Source: the human T2T-CHM13v2.0 reference genome, Homo sapiens. From it: a stretch of DNA of 64,000 nucleotides. The DNA is taken from the NCBI RefSeq assembly GCF_009914755.1, contig NC_060948.1, one strand, 5' to 3'. This document shows, one piece after another, positions 37,701 through 58,259 of the stretch. The notes under the pieces are model-generated. The model ran no database searches. It saw only the letters and a program-made list of their open reading frames with translations, and had not been told where the DNA came from. Every line of letters starts with the position of its first letter. Within the stretch, counting starts at the first letter, position 1. The position numbers and the translations under genes are program-made.

Positions 37701-40700
37701 GTTCGATCGTGTCTCATTTTCAGAGCCAGCTCAAAGCATAAAAATAAGTCTCATTCCTGAGCTCAGCCTAAATGAGAGATGTTGACTATCACACCTGAGT
37801 TTAAGGCACTATATAAGTTTGAGAGTCTATATGAGTGTGTGGGCCTCAGTGTAGTTTGCAACTCTCATGCATACTATGTAAGGCCCTCCGATGTTGTAGA
37901 GGGCATCATAAAATGATGCAGCACACACATGACAATGTGACTCATATACACACCAAGATCACTGTTCAAGGTGTCACCCTAAAATATGAGGAGATTTTGT
38001 CATATCATTAGGCCTAGTACCCAGGTGTTAAAACTTTGGCTCCAATTGTTTTCCATGTGTGCATTGTGACATATCATTGGGACAGAATCATAATAATGTG
38101 ACTCTTCTGCTGGGGTCCTGCCAAGTAGGGATAATATCACATATCTCTGAGCCTATCTGATAGGTGATTTTTCTATTTTGCCTCTGATTTGCCCCCAGGG
38201 AACATTGTGACATCATCGGGGTAACATCTAGGAAATGTCACTCTTCTCTCCTGCCTACGTCCTACCCACTAAAGGAATTGTGACATACCGATGAGTGGAA
38301 AACCTAGGCAGTGCAACTCTTCTCTGTATTCTGAAGTTGGCCAAAACAGGGGATTGTTACATATTGCTGAGCCCAGCACCAAGATGGTGTTACTATCCTC
38401 TTTTTCTTCAACCCTGTCTACAGTGGACATGGGACCATATTACTTGTGGCTGTACCCAGGTGATGTGACTTTTCTGACTTGGCCCTGCTTGCAAAGGAGA
38501 TTATAATGTTTCCTGAGCTTGGCATCCATGTGTTGAGACTCTCCTGTGATATTTCTGCCCACAGGTGAAATTGTGACATATAGCTGCATTCAGCTACCAT
38601 GCACAAATATAACTATCATACCTCGACCCAGAAAGGGAGACATTTTGATTCTCATAGCCAGTCTTATGGCCATAAGTAAAGTAATCAGTCTCCTAATTGT
38701 GTACATTTCACAGAGGATTATGACACTCAGGCATATCATGTAAAGCGTGAGTGGTACAAAGAGTGTCATAACAGGGAACAACAATCAGATGCTATTGTCA
38801 CTATTGGATGCACACCCAGATGACCTGATTGTCATTCTCTCACAAGAATAGGGCCTACAAATAACGTACTAGATCTCATGAAAAAAAGCAGTCGAAGTTT
38901 GAAATTTTTTCTCTCATAAATAAATCTGACCCAAGGATCCTTTTGTGATGCATGAATCAGCAGACCTGTGAAGCTGTGACTCTCCTCTTAGAACACAATC
39001 TTCAAGTGGAATTGGCATCTTATACATGGATCTTGTGCATTGTTGAGATTGTGACTCCTCTGTTTTGATCCAAGCCACTGGATGTGTTGACTCACACACG
39101 CAAAGCCAAGACTTGTGTGGGACTGGGAAATGTATTTCTGAATATTTCCTAGTGTGTGATTAGGACATAAAAGTTATCCCCACTCCTGAATAATTTAACT
39201 CTCCTTTTTTGGCCATGAGGACGGATGAACTTGTGACATATGTGGAACATACAACTAAGCAAAGGTGCCTGGACCTGCCTACAAATTGCACATTTACTTA
39301 TCACTGGGACCAGCACCCAGGTGAGGTAAATTATTTGCCTTATCTCTGCCTATAAAAGGCATTGTGGCTCATATCTAGGTCTATCATGTAAGTGATGTCA
39401 CTTCTACTTCCTTGGCCCTCCACTTATGGTGCATTGTGACACAAAACTGGGTACTGTACCCAGGTGATGTGACTCTCCATTTTGGGTTCTGTCAACAGGA
39501 AGCTTTGTAAAGTATCACTTGGCTCAGCACATAGGTCATGTTTCTCCTCTCTTGCCTCACCCTGACAGCAGGGGAGATTGTGACATATTAATAAACCCAG
39601 CACCAAAGTGAGGTCAGTTTCATACCTTGGTTTTGCACCAGCAGCCATTGAGACACATATATATAGCCAATTGCCTAGGTGAAATAAGTCTCCTCAACTT
39701 CTTAAGGCCTGCTCACACAAGGAATTTTGATATATCACTAAAACCAGTAGCCAGGTGAAGTGACTCTTCTTCCAGAGTCCTGGACACAAGAAAGATTGTG
39801 ACATCTCACTGGATCAGCACCCATCCAGGTGATGCGATATTTTTGCTTGCTCTCTGCCCACAGATGATACTGTGCCATATACCTGAGGCCAAATAAGAGT
39901 ACTAATCATGACTCTTAAACCTTAAGCCAGGTCATATACAAGAGGGTGATTCTCATTCCTGAAACTTTCCACCTGTGTCATTGTGACATAAACTATTTCC
40001 CAGTTCCCAAGAGACTAAATAATCCTGCCTACGTGTGGCCCACAAATTAGATTTGGATATATACCTTGGCTGAGCACCTTGGTGATTTGACTCTCCTATA
40101 TTTACGGTATCCTCAAGAAGGATTGTAACATGGCTCTGGACCCATCATCTAGTTATCTAATTCTCCTTTCCTGCCTGGATACTGCTTCCAATGGGGATTG
40201 TACCATTTCTAAGCACTGCATCCAAGTGATCTGACTCTTTTGCCTGGTCCTTTCAACATGCGACATTGTGTCATATCTCTGGGCCTAGCATTTAAGTGAT
40301 ATGAGTCTCTTTTTGTGTCTGGACACTGCCAACAAGGGGCATTGTGCCATACATCTGGGTGTAACTCCCAAGTTATGCAACTTTGCTGACAGAAACTTGC
40401 CAACAAGGAGAATATTGGAATATTTCTGGCTCAGCATTTGTTGTACTTGACTGTTGTGCCTATTTCATTGCCACTGATTAAATTGTTACACATACCTAGG
40501 CACAACTCACAGGCATGATAATAACCCTCATATGTGGACCCCAGAAATTGGAGTAATTTTAAGTTTCATAACTTCGTTCAGAAACAGGAGTGAATAAATC
40601 ACTTTCTTTTAAAAAAGGACAAAGAAGACTTTAACAGCCCTTGGCTTGTACTGAGAGTGTATATATAATGGAACCCAGTAGGAAGGTGAAAGTGTGAGTC

Positions 40701-43700
40701 TCATATGCACACCCAGCTGACAGTAAGGACTGTCACTGTCTCACATATCTGAAGTCAAATGTCACTCATGAAAATAGGACATGTGTGGTATTTTAAATCT
40801 CATCCTGGTAATTTTCTGCCACTGTGTCTGTGATATAAATCTTGTGCTTGCTGGCCAAGCACTTGTGTGATTTGACTCTTCAGACTTGTTCCAGATCAAT
40901 ATGTTATTGTGAAATCTACCTGGGCCAACCTCTAGGTGATGCGATGTTTTTGCTCAATCCCTGCTCTCAGTAAGAATTGTGACGTATCACTGGATCCAGC
41001 ACTCAGGTCATGTTACATTTTTGCCTGAGTCATGTGCACAGATATCACTGGCACTTATCACTGTGTCAACCACTTAGGTGACATAACTCTACACACTAGA
41101 ATGGACCCTGCACACAGTGGGGGATAGTAACATATGGCTGTGTCAGGCAAAGAGGTGACAGCACTCTTTTGCGAGGGCCCTGTCCTTAAGATGACATTTG
41201 ACAAATCTCTGGACCTATCACCTAGGTGAATTTGCTCTCCTGCTTGGGTCCTGCTTACTCAAATAGTGACATATTGCTAGGCCAGTCACACAGGTGATGG
41301 TGCCCTTTCACTAGGACCATAACTTAAGGAGGACATTGTGACATAGCTCTGCACCTATCAGCTAGATAATGTGACTCCCTGCTTGGGTTCTGCCCACATT
41401 GAACATAAGGGTAGAACCTGAACTCATTTGTTGTAATTCTCTAGCTAGGGTCCTGTCTTAAGGGAGGCTTGTGACATATCTCTAGACCAGCATCAAAGTG
41501 ATGTGACTCTTCTGCATGGTTTCACCTAACACGTTAGATTATTTCATAAACCTAGGGAAGCATCTACGTGATATGACTCTTCTCTTATGCCTGAGTCCTA
41601 CCTACCTGGGACATTGGACCATATATCTGAGCCTGTGTCTTATGTAATGTGACTCTTTTCTTCTGCAGGTTTTATTTTTTTTATTTTTATTTTTTTTTAC
41701 AATTGGTCAATGTGACCTATTGCTAAGCCCAATAATTATGTAATATGACTCTTCTTTTTTTTCCCGAACCATGACCGTAAAAAGGAATTTTGACCTATTG
41801 CTGGGCCCAGCACTGAGATGGTGTTCCTTTTCTGACTGGGTTCTGCATAAAGATATAATTATGGCATATTGCTAGGACACACACTCTGATGATGTAACTC
41901 TCCTGCCTCTGCTGGAGCAACAGAAAGTATTTTTACATATCTTGGGCCAATTCTGTAGGTGATTTGCTCTCATCATTTGTCTGGGTTTGATTTATCCACG
42001 TTTGGGATTGTGTCATGTTGCTGGGTTCAGCACCCAGATATTGTAACCCGCATTTCAGACCCTGTGTAGAGAGGGCAATGTGACTTATTGCTTGGCACAG
42101 AATGTAAGTTGTGCTACTCTGCTGCTAATTTTTTTCTACAAATGAGATTATGAAATTTACATTGCTTCAATTCAGAAGTGTGACTATCAAACTGAAATTG
42201 GAATTCCACCAATAGCAGATATTTTGCCTCTCATTTCTACACTTAGAGTAATAGGTAAATTACTATTTACCTATTAAATTACAATTAAGAGTTGCAAATC
42301 TGAACAAAGCTAACAGAAGTGTAAAACACTGACTCATATTCTATAAAATCCTTGCGTGGTACACAGAGCTTTATAAAAGGGCCCAGGAGATGGTTAAAAT
42401 CATGATTCTTGATTACACATGCAGGTGGAGCCAATGTTGTCCCCATCTCATGTTTACAAATCCCACTGCTGAAGCCCTGAGTTTAAAATGTAAATAAAGT
42501 AAAAAGATGGAATCGTGAGTTTCATATGTGGATGTTGTTACAGGTGAGATGGTGACTTATTTCTGGACCCAGATCAGGGGCATAATAATGGGTCCCCTGT
42601 CTAAATCCAGCTAATAAGAGAGATGTGGACTATCATAACTGGATTTAAAGCAATATGTAAAATTGTGAGTTAATATCAGCATGTAGTTCTCATAGTAGAT
42701 TGCAAGTCTCATGCATACCAAGCCTTCAGATATGATAGAGTGTGTCATATGATGACCCGGAACACACGTGACATTGTGACTCTTATATACACACACCTAG
42801 CTAACAGTCAAAGGTGTCACCCTAACACATGAAGAGATTGTGTCATATCACTAGGCCTAGTACCTCTAGGTGTTGAGAACTTTTGGCTTACATTCTTTTC
42901 CATGGGTGCATTGTGAAATATCTCTGGGTTAGATTTATAATAATGTCACTCTTCTGCTTGGACCCTGCCAAACAGCAGATATTGTCACATATCTTTAGTT
43001 CTATCAGCTAGGTCATGTGTCTCTCCTGCCAGTTCCCTGTCCACTGGGAATACTGGGACATAGCTCTTGATATTGCATTAGGTAATGTGAATCTCCTCTC
43101 CTGTCTGGATCCTGCTCTCTGAAGAAATTGTGACGTACCACTGAGTCCCTGGATCAGAACCCAGATGATGAGACTCTTCTGTCTTGTCTCTGTCCAAAGG
43201 TGAAATTGGGACATACACCTGGATTCAGCTCATATGCCCAATAATAACTCTTATAACTAGACACAGCCATGGGAGGTGTTTCAACTCTCATAGCCAGTCT
43301 TATCAACAAAGGTAAAGTCCAAGATCACCCACCTGTAATAATTCACAGGAAAGTATGTTATTTAGGCATATCACATAAAGCCTGAGTGGTACAAAGGGTG
43401 TGATAACAGTCCCCAGAAACCAGGTGTTACTGTGACTCTTGGATTCACACCCAGCTGACATGATTGTTATTCTCACACATTAACAGCATCTACATATGAG
43501 GTACTAAATCTCACAGATATAATCAATGGAAGCTTGAAATTGTTACTTCCATACATGAATCTGATCCACAGGTTGTTTGGTGACTTTTGAACCATGATTC
43601 AGTGAACTGTGGTGCTGTGAGTCTCCTACTGGAACACCATCTTCAAGTGGGACTGGGGCTCTTATACATGGATCTTGCTCATTGTTGAGATTATGACTCT

Positions 43701-43929
43701 TGTACTTAGACCCAACTGATAAGAAGGGTGGACTTTTGTCAATATCTGAGTGTTCTGACTTTCTACATCCAGGGCACGGTTGAAATTGTGACACACATGC
43801 AGCACACACTTATGCAATGGATGACACTTTCTTTGGCCATGTGACAAAGGCACTTTTACATGTCACTGCGACCATCACACAGCTGATGTGAGATCTTATC
43901 CTGACCCCTGCCTAAGAAGAGTACTGTGG

Positions 43930-44208
43930 CTTTTTTGTTTTCTTTTATGTTTTGCTTATTTTTTTTTGAGATGGAGTCTCACTCTGCTGCCCAGGCTGGA
44001 GCACGGTGGAGCGATCTCAGCTCACTGAAAGCTCTGCCTCCCAGGTTCACGTCATTCTCCTGCCTCAGCCTCCCAAGTAGCTGGGACTACAGGTGCCCAC
44101 AACCACACCTGGCTATTTTTTTGTTTTGTTTTGTATTTTAATGGAGATGGGGTTTCACTGTGTTAGCCAGGATGGCCTCGATTTCCTGACCTCGTGATCT
44201 GCCTGCCT
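43930..44208 (-). mobile_element. AluY-like element lacking its 5' ~45 nt
   Basis: aagctctgcctcccaggttcacgtcattctcc and tgttagccaggatgg diagnostics; stops at gatctgcctgcct and joins satellite with no TSD. Confidence 0.9.
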
Positions 44209-47200
44209 AGGTGCATTGCATAAGTGATGTAACTTCCTTCTACTACCTTGGCCCTGAACTCGCAATGCATTGTGAAACATAACTGGGCACTGCACCCAGG
44301 TGATGTGACTCTTTTTTGTGGGGGCTTTTTAACATATCCCATGGCTCAGCACCTGGGTAATGTTTCTTCTCTCTTGCCTGGGCCCTGAACACCAAAGAGA
44401 TTGTGACATATTGCTGAATGCAGCACCAAGATTAGGTGACACTTCTGCCTTGGTTCTTCACATAGTGGCCACTGTGACACATATTCATGCCAATTACCAA
44501 GGTGAAGTTTGTCTACTGTTCTTCCTAAGCCTTGCCCACAAGGGGGATTTGCATATATCACTGAAACCAGCATCCAGGTGAAGAGACTCTTCTCCCACAG
44601 TCCTGCCCACAGGTAGGATTGTGACATTTCACTGGACCAGCACCCACACAAATGATGTGACTTTCCTTTCTTCTCCCTGCCAGAGGTGATACTGTTCCAT
44701 ATACCTGAGACCAGACCGAAACCCTAATAATGACAATTGTACCTGGAGCCAGGACACATGCAAGGTGGTGACTTTCATTTCTTAACCTTTCCACAGTTGT
44801 TTTTGTGACATATGCCATTGTCCAGCTCCTATGTGATTTAATAACCATGCCTACTTATAGCCCACAGATTACATTTTGACGTAAACCTATGCCAAGAACC
44901 TTGGTGATTTGATTCCCCTGTCTAAAAGTGACCTCAGAGGGGATTGTAACATATATCTGTACCCATCATCCAGGTTATGTGACTCTCCTCTCCTGCCTGA
45001 ACCCTGCATCCAGTGAAGACTGTAGAATTTCTAAACATGGCATCCAAATGACATGACTCTCTGGCCTGGGCCTTTCAACAGGAGGCATTGTGACATATCA
45101 TTGGGTCAATCATTTGTTATATGACTCTCCTCTCCTGCCTGGACTTTTTCCTCAAGGGCCATTTTGCCATAGAACTTTGCCTAGCACCCAAGTTTTGTGA
45201 AGTTTCTGTTAGGGTCTTACCTTTAAAGAAAATATTGAAATATTTCTGGCTCAGGATTTAGGTGAGGTGTTTGTCCTGCCAGTTTAATAACCAGAGAGAG
45301 GATTGTGACCTATACCTAGGCACAGCTAACAGGCATGATAATGACTCTCATATGTGAATGGAAACAATAGGAGAAATTTTGACTCTAATAACTATTTTTG
45401 GGACATGAGTGTTGTTCAGGTTTACCTTCTGGTAAAAAGGTCACAGATCATGACAACACCCACACATGATATCCCACCTTTGGTTTGTATAAAGAGTGTC
45501 ATAACAGGTCCTAGCCCACAGAGAAAATTGTGAATCTTGTATGCACCCTCAGTTGACAGTAAGGACTATCATCATAACAGATGGATGAAAGCAGCTCTCC
45601 TACAGGTAAACAGGACACGTGTGTTATTTTACATCTCATCCCTAGAATTTAATTCCATCGTTATTCTGGCATAAAATCTTGCCAAGCACCTGTGTGATTT
45701 CACTCTTCAGACAGTTTCCAGCCTACATATGGAATTTTAATATCTACCTGAGTCAAACTTGAAGTAATGTGACTATTGTACACACTATTGTACTGAGGCC
45801 CTGCTCTCAGTAAGATTGTGACATCACTGAATCCCCACCCAGGTGATGTCATATTCTTGTGACATATCTCTGTGCCTATCACTTAGAAGACAATACTCTC
45901 CTCTTTTTTATGGACCCTGCACACAGGGCAGAATAGTGACTTATTCCTAGGCCAGGCACAGAAGTGATGAGTTTTTTTCCAGGGCCATGCCCAAAAGAGG
46001 GAATTTTGACATACCATAAAGGCCTATTATGGAGATGATATGGCTCCTCTCCCGGGATCCGCCCACTTGAATAATAACATATTGTAACATATTTCTGTGT
46101 CCATCTCATAAGTTATGTAACTCTCTTCTCTAAAATGAGCCCTGAACAAAGGAAAGATAGTGACACATTGCAAGGCCACGGACACAGGGAAGGGTACTCT
46201 TTTGTCTGAGACATGTCCACAAAAGGATATTGTGACATGTCTCTGGGTCTATCTTTGGGTTATGTGGCTTTTCTGCTTGGGCCCTGCCAACCTTGACAAT
46301 GATATATTTTAGGCCATACACACAGGTGATGGTACACTTTTGCCAGGGCTATGCTTCATAGAGGTCATTGTGACATATCTCTGGGCCTATCATCTAGGTG
46401 AAGTGACTCCCTCCTTGGGCCCTGTGTACATGGAGGCCACACGGAGCATTGTGGCATAAACAGAGAACCCGCACCTAACTATCTTTGCTGGGTGCTGCCC
46501 TAAGAGAACCTTGTGAAATATCTCAGAACCCAGCACTCTGGGGTTGTGGCTCTTCTGCATAAGTTCTGCCCATATTTTACCCTGTGACATATTTCTAGGG
46601 AAGCACATAGGTGATATGACTCTCCTTGTTTGCCTAAGCCCTGACTACTGGGGACATTGGGACGTATCTCTGAGCCCATGACCTAAATGATGTGACTCTC
46701 TTTTTCAGCCTGGACCTTCACAATAGGAGGATTTTGGCACATTACTGAGCCCAGCACTCAGGTTATGTGACTCTCCTCATTTTCCCAAGCCATTCCTGCA
46801 AAACAGGAATTTTGGCCTACAGCAGGGCCCGGCACCCAGATGATGTTACTCTTCTGCCTTGCTTCTGCATATAGAGGAACTTATGGAATATTGCATATTG
46901 CTCGGCCCAGGACCATTGTTATGTGACTTTCCTCCTGTGCTGCAGCCACCTAACGTATTTTGACATATCTTGGTCTCTTCATGCAGGTGTTTTGGTTCTC
47001 ATAACTTGGCTGGGTTTTTTCCACATGTGGGATGTTGTCATATTGCTGGGTCCAGCATGCAGTTAATATGACCAAATTCCCTATGCCCTGCCTAGAGAAG
47101 ACATTGTGAAATATTGCTTGGCACAACATCTAAGTGATGTTACCCTCCTGCCTAGCTTTTTGTCCACATATGGGATTATAACATATACCCTGCTTCAGTT

Positions 47201-48317
47201 CACAGACATGATGTTCAAACTTATATTGGGATTCAGCCAATAGAAGATATTTTGCCTTTCACTGTTAGGCTTGGGGCAATAGACAATGTCCTCGGTTGCA
47301 AATATGTAACAACCTCACAGAAGCTTCCAACACTAACCTGTAGTATATAAACTCTTTGTTGATATAAAATTTCATAACAGGGCCCAGCCAAACCTTCAGA
47401 TTGGGACTCTATGTTACATACCCAGGTGAAATTAAAAGTTATCACCATCCCACATTTACAATGCCACTGTCGAGATCATGAGTCTAATAAGGGAATGCAG
47501 CACAAAGTTGGAATTGTGACATTTATATGTGGTCCTGGCCACAAGTGGGATGGTCACTCATTTCTAGACCCAGCCCACAGGAATAATAATGGGTCTTCTT
47601 CCTTAACCCTGCCTAAAGGAGAGATCTTGACTATCAAACCTGGGTTTAGGTTAATATGTAAGATTGTGAGCCCATACCACCACATAGGCCTCACACAGCT
47701 TTGCAACTCTTATGCAGGTTTTATAAATCACTTGGATGTTGCAGAGGGTCATGCATTGTCCCAGCAAACATGTGAGATTGTCACTCTAATATACAAGTTT
47801 AGCTAAAAGTTAAAGTTGTCACCCTCAAAGATGATGAGATTGTGTCGTATCCCTGGGTCTAGTACCCAGGTGTTGAGACTTTTTGGCTCAAATTTCTTTC
47901 CATGGGTGCATTGCTACTTATCACTGGGTTAGAATCAAAATAATGTGATTTTTCTGCTTGAGCTCTATCAAGAGGGTATAATATCACATATCTCTTGGCC
48001 TATCAGCTAGGTTATGTGTCTCTCCAGATTGTTCTCTGCATCCAGAAAAAATTTGAAATATCACAGAAATTAGCATCTAAATGGTGTAACTCTCCTCTCC
48101 TGCGTGGGTCCTGCTTACCAAAGGAATTATGACATATAGTTGAATGAAAAATCTAGGTGGTATGTCTCTCCTCTCTATTCAAAAGTTTATTTCTGTGCTG
48201 CATTCAGCTTCATTAATTTCTTTTTCTACTTTTATACTGGTACCAAAGTGCTTTGATTACTTTAGGTTTATTTTGTATTTGGAAATTGTTAAGTGTAATG
48301 CTTCCAAAATTTTTCTT

Positions 48318-53247
<4,930 letters not shown>

Positions 53248-53357
53248 AATGCTTCTAATATTTTTCTTGTTTTTAAAGATTGCCAGGATTTTCATGTAAT
53301 TTGTGGGTTTTGTAATTTCTATTTTTGGGAAAGTTTAATTTAAAATTGAAAATTGGT

Positions 53358-53757
<400 letters not shown>

Positions 53758-53773
53758 TCAAAAGTGTGTTACT

Positions 53774-54072
53774 GGCCAGGCATGGTGACTCATACCTGTA
53801 ATCCCAGCACTTTGGAAGGCTGAGGAGGGTACATAGCCAGATCAGGAGATCAAGACCATTTTGGCCAACATGATGAAATCCCATCTCTACTAAAATGCAC
53901 AAAATTAGCTAAGTGTGGTTGGGCATGCCTGTAATGCCAGCTACTGGAGAAGCTGAGTCAGGGGAATTGCTTGTACGTGGAAGTTAAGGTTACAGTGAGC
54001 CGAGATTGTGCCACTGTATTTCCTCCTAGTGACAGAGTGAGGCTGTATCTAAAAAAAAAGGAAAGAAAAAAA
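53774..54072 (+). mobile_element. Alu (AluS-like), paralog of the Alu at 5447-5774
   Basis: Full Alu body; same flank (gcatgctcaaaa.tgtgtt) and the shared variant gaggagggt seen in the left copy. Confidence 0.92.
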
Positions 54073-54074
54073 GT

Positions 54075-56110
54075 AAAACTATGTTAACAGTTAATTTTCA
54101 TATATTTTTTCAGCTTTTCTCCCATTACTGATTTCTAGTTTCATTTCATTTGTGCTATAAAAAATTGTCTGCTAAATTTCAATTAAAAAAACTATTAAGA
54201 CTTCTTTCATGGCATCACAGGTAATCCACCTAGGAAAATGTTTTATGAGCTATTGCAAAAAAAAAAAAAAAAGTGTATTCTTTTACCGGTATACATTTGT
54301 TAGGTAAATATATTGTATAGTGTATTCAAACTTTTTGTTCCCTTGTTGATATTCTGTCTTTATTTATTACTGAAAGTGGGATACAAATGTATCCTTCCAT
54401 TATTGTATTGCTATCTATTTTTGCTTCAATTCTGTCAATGTTTGTTTTATGTGTTTGGGAAAACTCTCACATATTCACGGAATTTCAGTGAATGAACTCT
54501 CTTAATATAATTGAATGTCCTACTTTGTCTCTTGTGAATTTTGACTTAAAGCAAACTTCATAAAATATGACAGTTTTCAACTTAATAAATTGTTGCCTTT
54601 TCTCTTATGATTTGGTTAACACTTGCATGGCATGTATTTTTTATCCTGCCATTTTCAGTCTATTTTTTTAAATTAGGTCTGAAGTGAGTCTCTTGAAGAC
54701 ATGACATCGATACATCTTGATACAGGTCATAATATAGTTAGTTTTATTCTTTTTCCTGTTGAAGGATACTTTTGCTGGATATTGTATTCTCACTTAGACT
54801 TTGTAAAATGTTTCTCATCAAGTTTCCCTTCTTTTAAAGAAAAATACTAAATGTTAGAAATAAGATTTTCTTTTAAAGATAAAATTTCTTCAAAGCCTTC
54901 TTGTTTTGTGCTAATAACTCTTTGTTAAGCCCTACTCTATGTAGCTGTTATACATAAGGGAATAAGTACATTCTATGGCCTTGTACTTTCACCAGAACAT
55001 TTCTTCTGTACATGCTCAGGCATGTCCCAGGTTGCAGCTTATGTCCCCTTTCTTATTTGGAAATCTTATTACTTCTCTAAGTATTTTTGCAAAAACTTTC
55101 CCTTTTTCTTTGTTCTCCATTGCCTTTACCTATTTAGGGAAGTTTCAGGTTGTTAGCCAATCAGGTTTAGCTTAGACTGTGATGCCTAGTTCCAACTAAT
55201 GGAGATAGGACACAGAAGTAAGGACTCAATGCATACGGGTAAATATTCCTGCCTTTCTTTTTCATTGTGCTCTCAGGGTAGGATTGCTGATGAGCAGCAC
55301 CCTTTCTGCAGAAAGTAAAATTGCCTTGCTGAGAAGATTCCTTGTCTGAGTATTAGTTCTATTTTTTGGCTCTGAGGAATAGGATTTTCTAACATAATTT
55401 TTTTTTCGGTGTTTTAAGTATGTTATCCTACTCCTTTTTTCCTGAAAGGTTTATGTTCATAAACTTACTGGTAATCTTACAGAAGCATGCATATAAATAA
55501 CATAACTCTTTTTTCTTCCTGCATTCCAGATTCTCTTTTTGTGTGTGACTTTCAAAACATTGCTTATTTGGGGTCTTGTTAGAAATTTATTTGTGTTAGT
55601 TGAAATTTACTGAGCTTCTTGATTTTCTCATATTTTTAAATAATATTGAAGTGCGTATGAGACTTTTTTGTACTTCTACACTTTTTTGTGCTTTTTATCG
55701 TTTTCTTAATTTCATTTTTGTTATTTCATTTTGTTTTATTTATTTCCATTTAACTCATTAAGCATCATTCAGATGGTAAGTTAATTTCTCAGGTCAATTT
55801 ATTTTTTCTTTCAAAAATAAATGCAGACTTTAATTGAAATTTTCTTAGGTAAGTTTTACATCTCTGTTTTGTATCATTGATTTCTGAATATTTATTTTTA
55901 TCTTTGAGTGAGACATATTATCTTAATGTTTTGTATATGTTGTAGTCTTATGTTGCAATTTGTATAATAAATCACCACATGTGAAAATGCTTATTAAGTG
56001 ATTTTTTCTTGGGAAATATGAACCAACTTTTGGGCTAGAGATTCTTGACGTCTCTCACTTCTGTTCTATACAAGTTTTATCTGGGCTTGTGTTTTTTCAT
56101 TAAAAAATAT
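54075..56110 (-). mobile_element. Old L1M-type fragments, interrupted by an LTR
   Basis: Degenerate antisense L1 text (gaaggatacttttgctggatattgtattct, tttactgagcttcttga). Confidence 0.55.
54802..55394 (+). mobile_element. Older solo LTR (~590 bp), family not assigned (ERVL-like)
   Basis: TG...CA ends (tgtaaaa...tttctaaca), ccaat box, ctgcagaaagtaaaattgccttgctgaga 3' motif; splits an otherwise continuous L1M segment; TSD degenerate. Confidence 0.6.
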
Positions 56111-56119
56111 TTCCAATTA

Positions 56120-56451
56120 TTTATTATATTTTATTTTATTTTATATTTATTTTATTTTATTTTATTTTGAGTGAACATTTTACTCTTGTTGTCCATGCTG
56201 CAATGTGATGGCATGGTCTTGGCTCACTGCAAGAATCAACTCCTACTTTCCAGTGATTCTCCTGGCTCAGTCACCAGAGTAGCTGAGATTAGAGGTGCCC
56301 GCCACCATGCCTGTGTAATTGTTGTATTTTTAGTAGAGATGGGGTTTCACCATGTTGACCCGGCTGGTGTTGAACTTTTGACCACAGGTGAACAGCCTGC
56401 CTCAGACTCCCAAAGTGCTGGGATTACAGGTGTGGGCCACCACTCATGGAC
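56120..56451 (-). mobile_element. Alu (AluS-like, diverged)
   Basis: (TTTTA)n tail, ttttagtagagatggggtttcaccatgttg, cccaaagtgctgggattacagg. Confidence 0.92.
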
Positions 56452-57029
56452 ATTCCCTATGTTTCCTATTGAGATTCTGACTACAGTCAATTGCTATACC
56501 CATTTTCTGTCTATGACACTGAAGTCTTTTTTTGTAACAGTCATTTACCTTTGGTCTCACCAGCCCCAAACTGTCAAAGAATACCACTTTTCCTTTAAAC
56601 ACTGTCATATAATATAGAAATTAGTCTTTAGTAAGGTCTCACAAAACAAGAAGCCTGAACACAGGTGCCACTATTTTATTTATTTTTGAAGGGGGAAGAC
56701 ATGAGTTGGGAGTCTATATTTGAAGTCATCATAGGATGAAGAATGGCTGCGGTGGGTAAATATAAAACACTTTTATTACACTTCTATGTAGTTCTTGACA
56801 TTTTGCTCCCTTGAAGTGCTATAAATTCTTAACTGATTCTTAGTCTTCTCACACAGGAATTTTGTTCATTATAATTGTGTTAAGTTTACATGTCTATAAA
56901 GGAATTACAGCCTGTGGTATTTTATTGTCACCTTGTTAATGTGCTTTGTGTAACTAATATTTGTAAAATGTATTCACATGAGCCTAATGTGGGAGAAATT
57001 TTGTTGTTCCTTTTGTTTTTGTTTTTCAG

Positions 57030-58123
<1,094 letters not shown>

Positions 58124-58259
58124 AAATGTGGAAAAGCTTTTAAAGCATCCTCATTTTATGTCCAACATCAGAGACTTAATACTGAACAAATGCCACATAA
58201 AGGTAATGACTGTTGAAGAAGATTTAACTTAACATCTTGCAGCATCACTAAGAACTCGC

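Larger units (their letters stand above)
19581..48175 (-). repeat. Same beta-satellite-like array, orientation B (reverse complement), interrupted by L1, LTR5_Hs and Alu
   Basis: Motifs read ttgtgacatat and aggtgatgtgactc throughout; landmark attgggattcagccaatag recurs at ~21991, 29600, 35407, 37377, 42197 and 47225. Confidence 0.88.

Noticed and set aside
54852-55394. TGTTAGAAA...TTTCTAACA as DNA-transposon terminal inverted repeats
   Set aside because: No matching TSD; L1M continuity places the insert start at 54802 and the internal motifs are LTR-like.
56171-56617. 148-aa ORF, and the similar ORFs at 53273-53635 and 6693-6953
   Set aside because: Antisense Alu translations.
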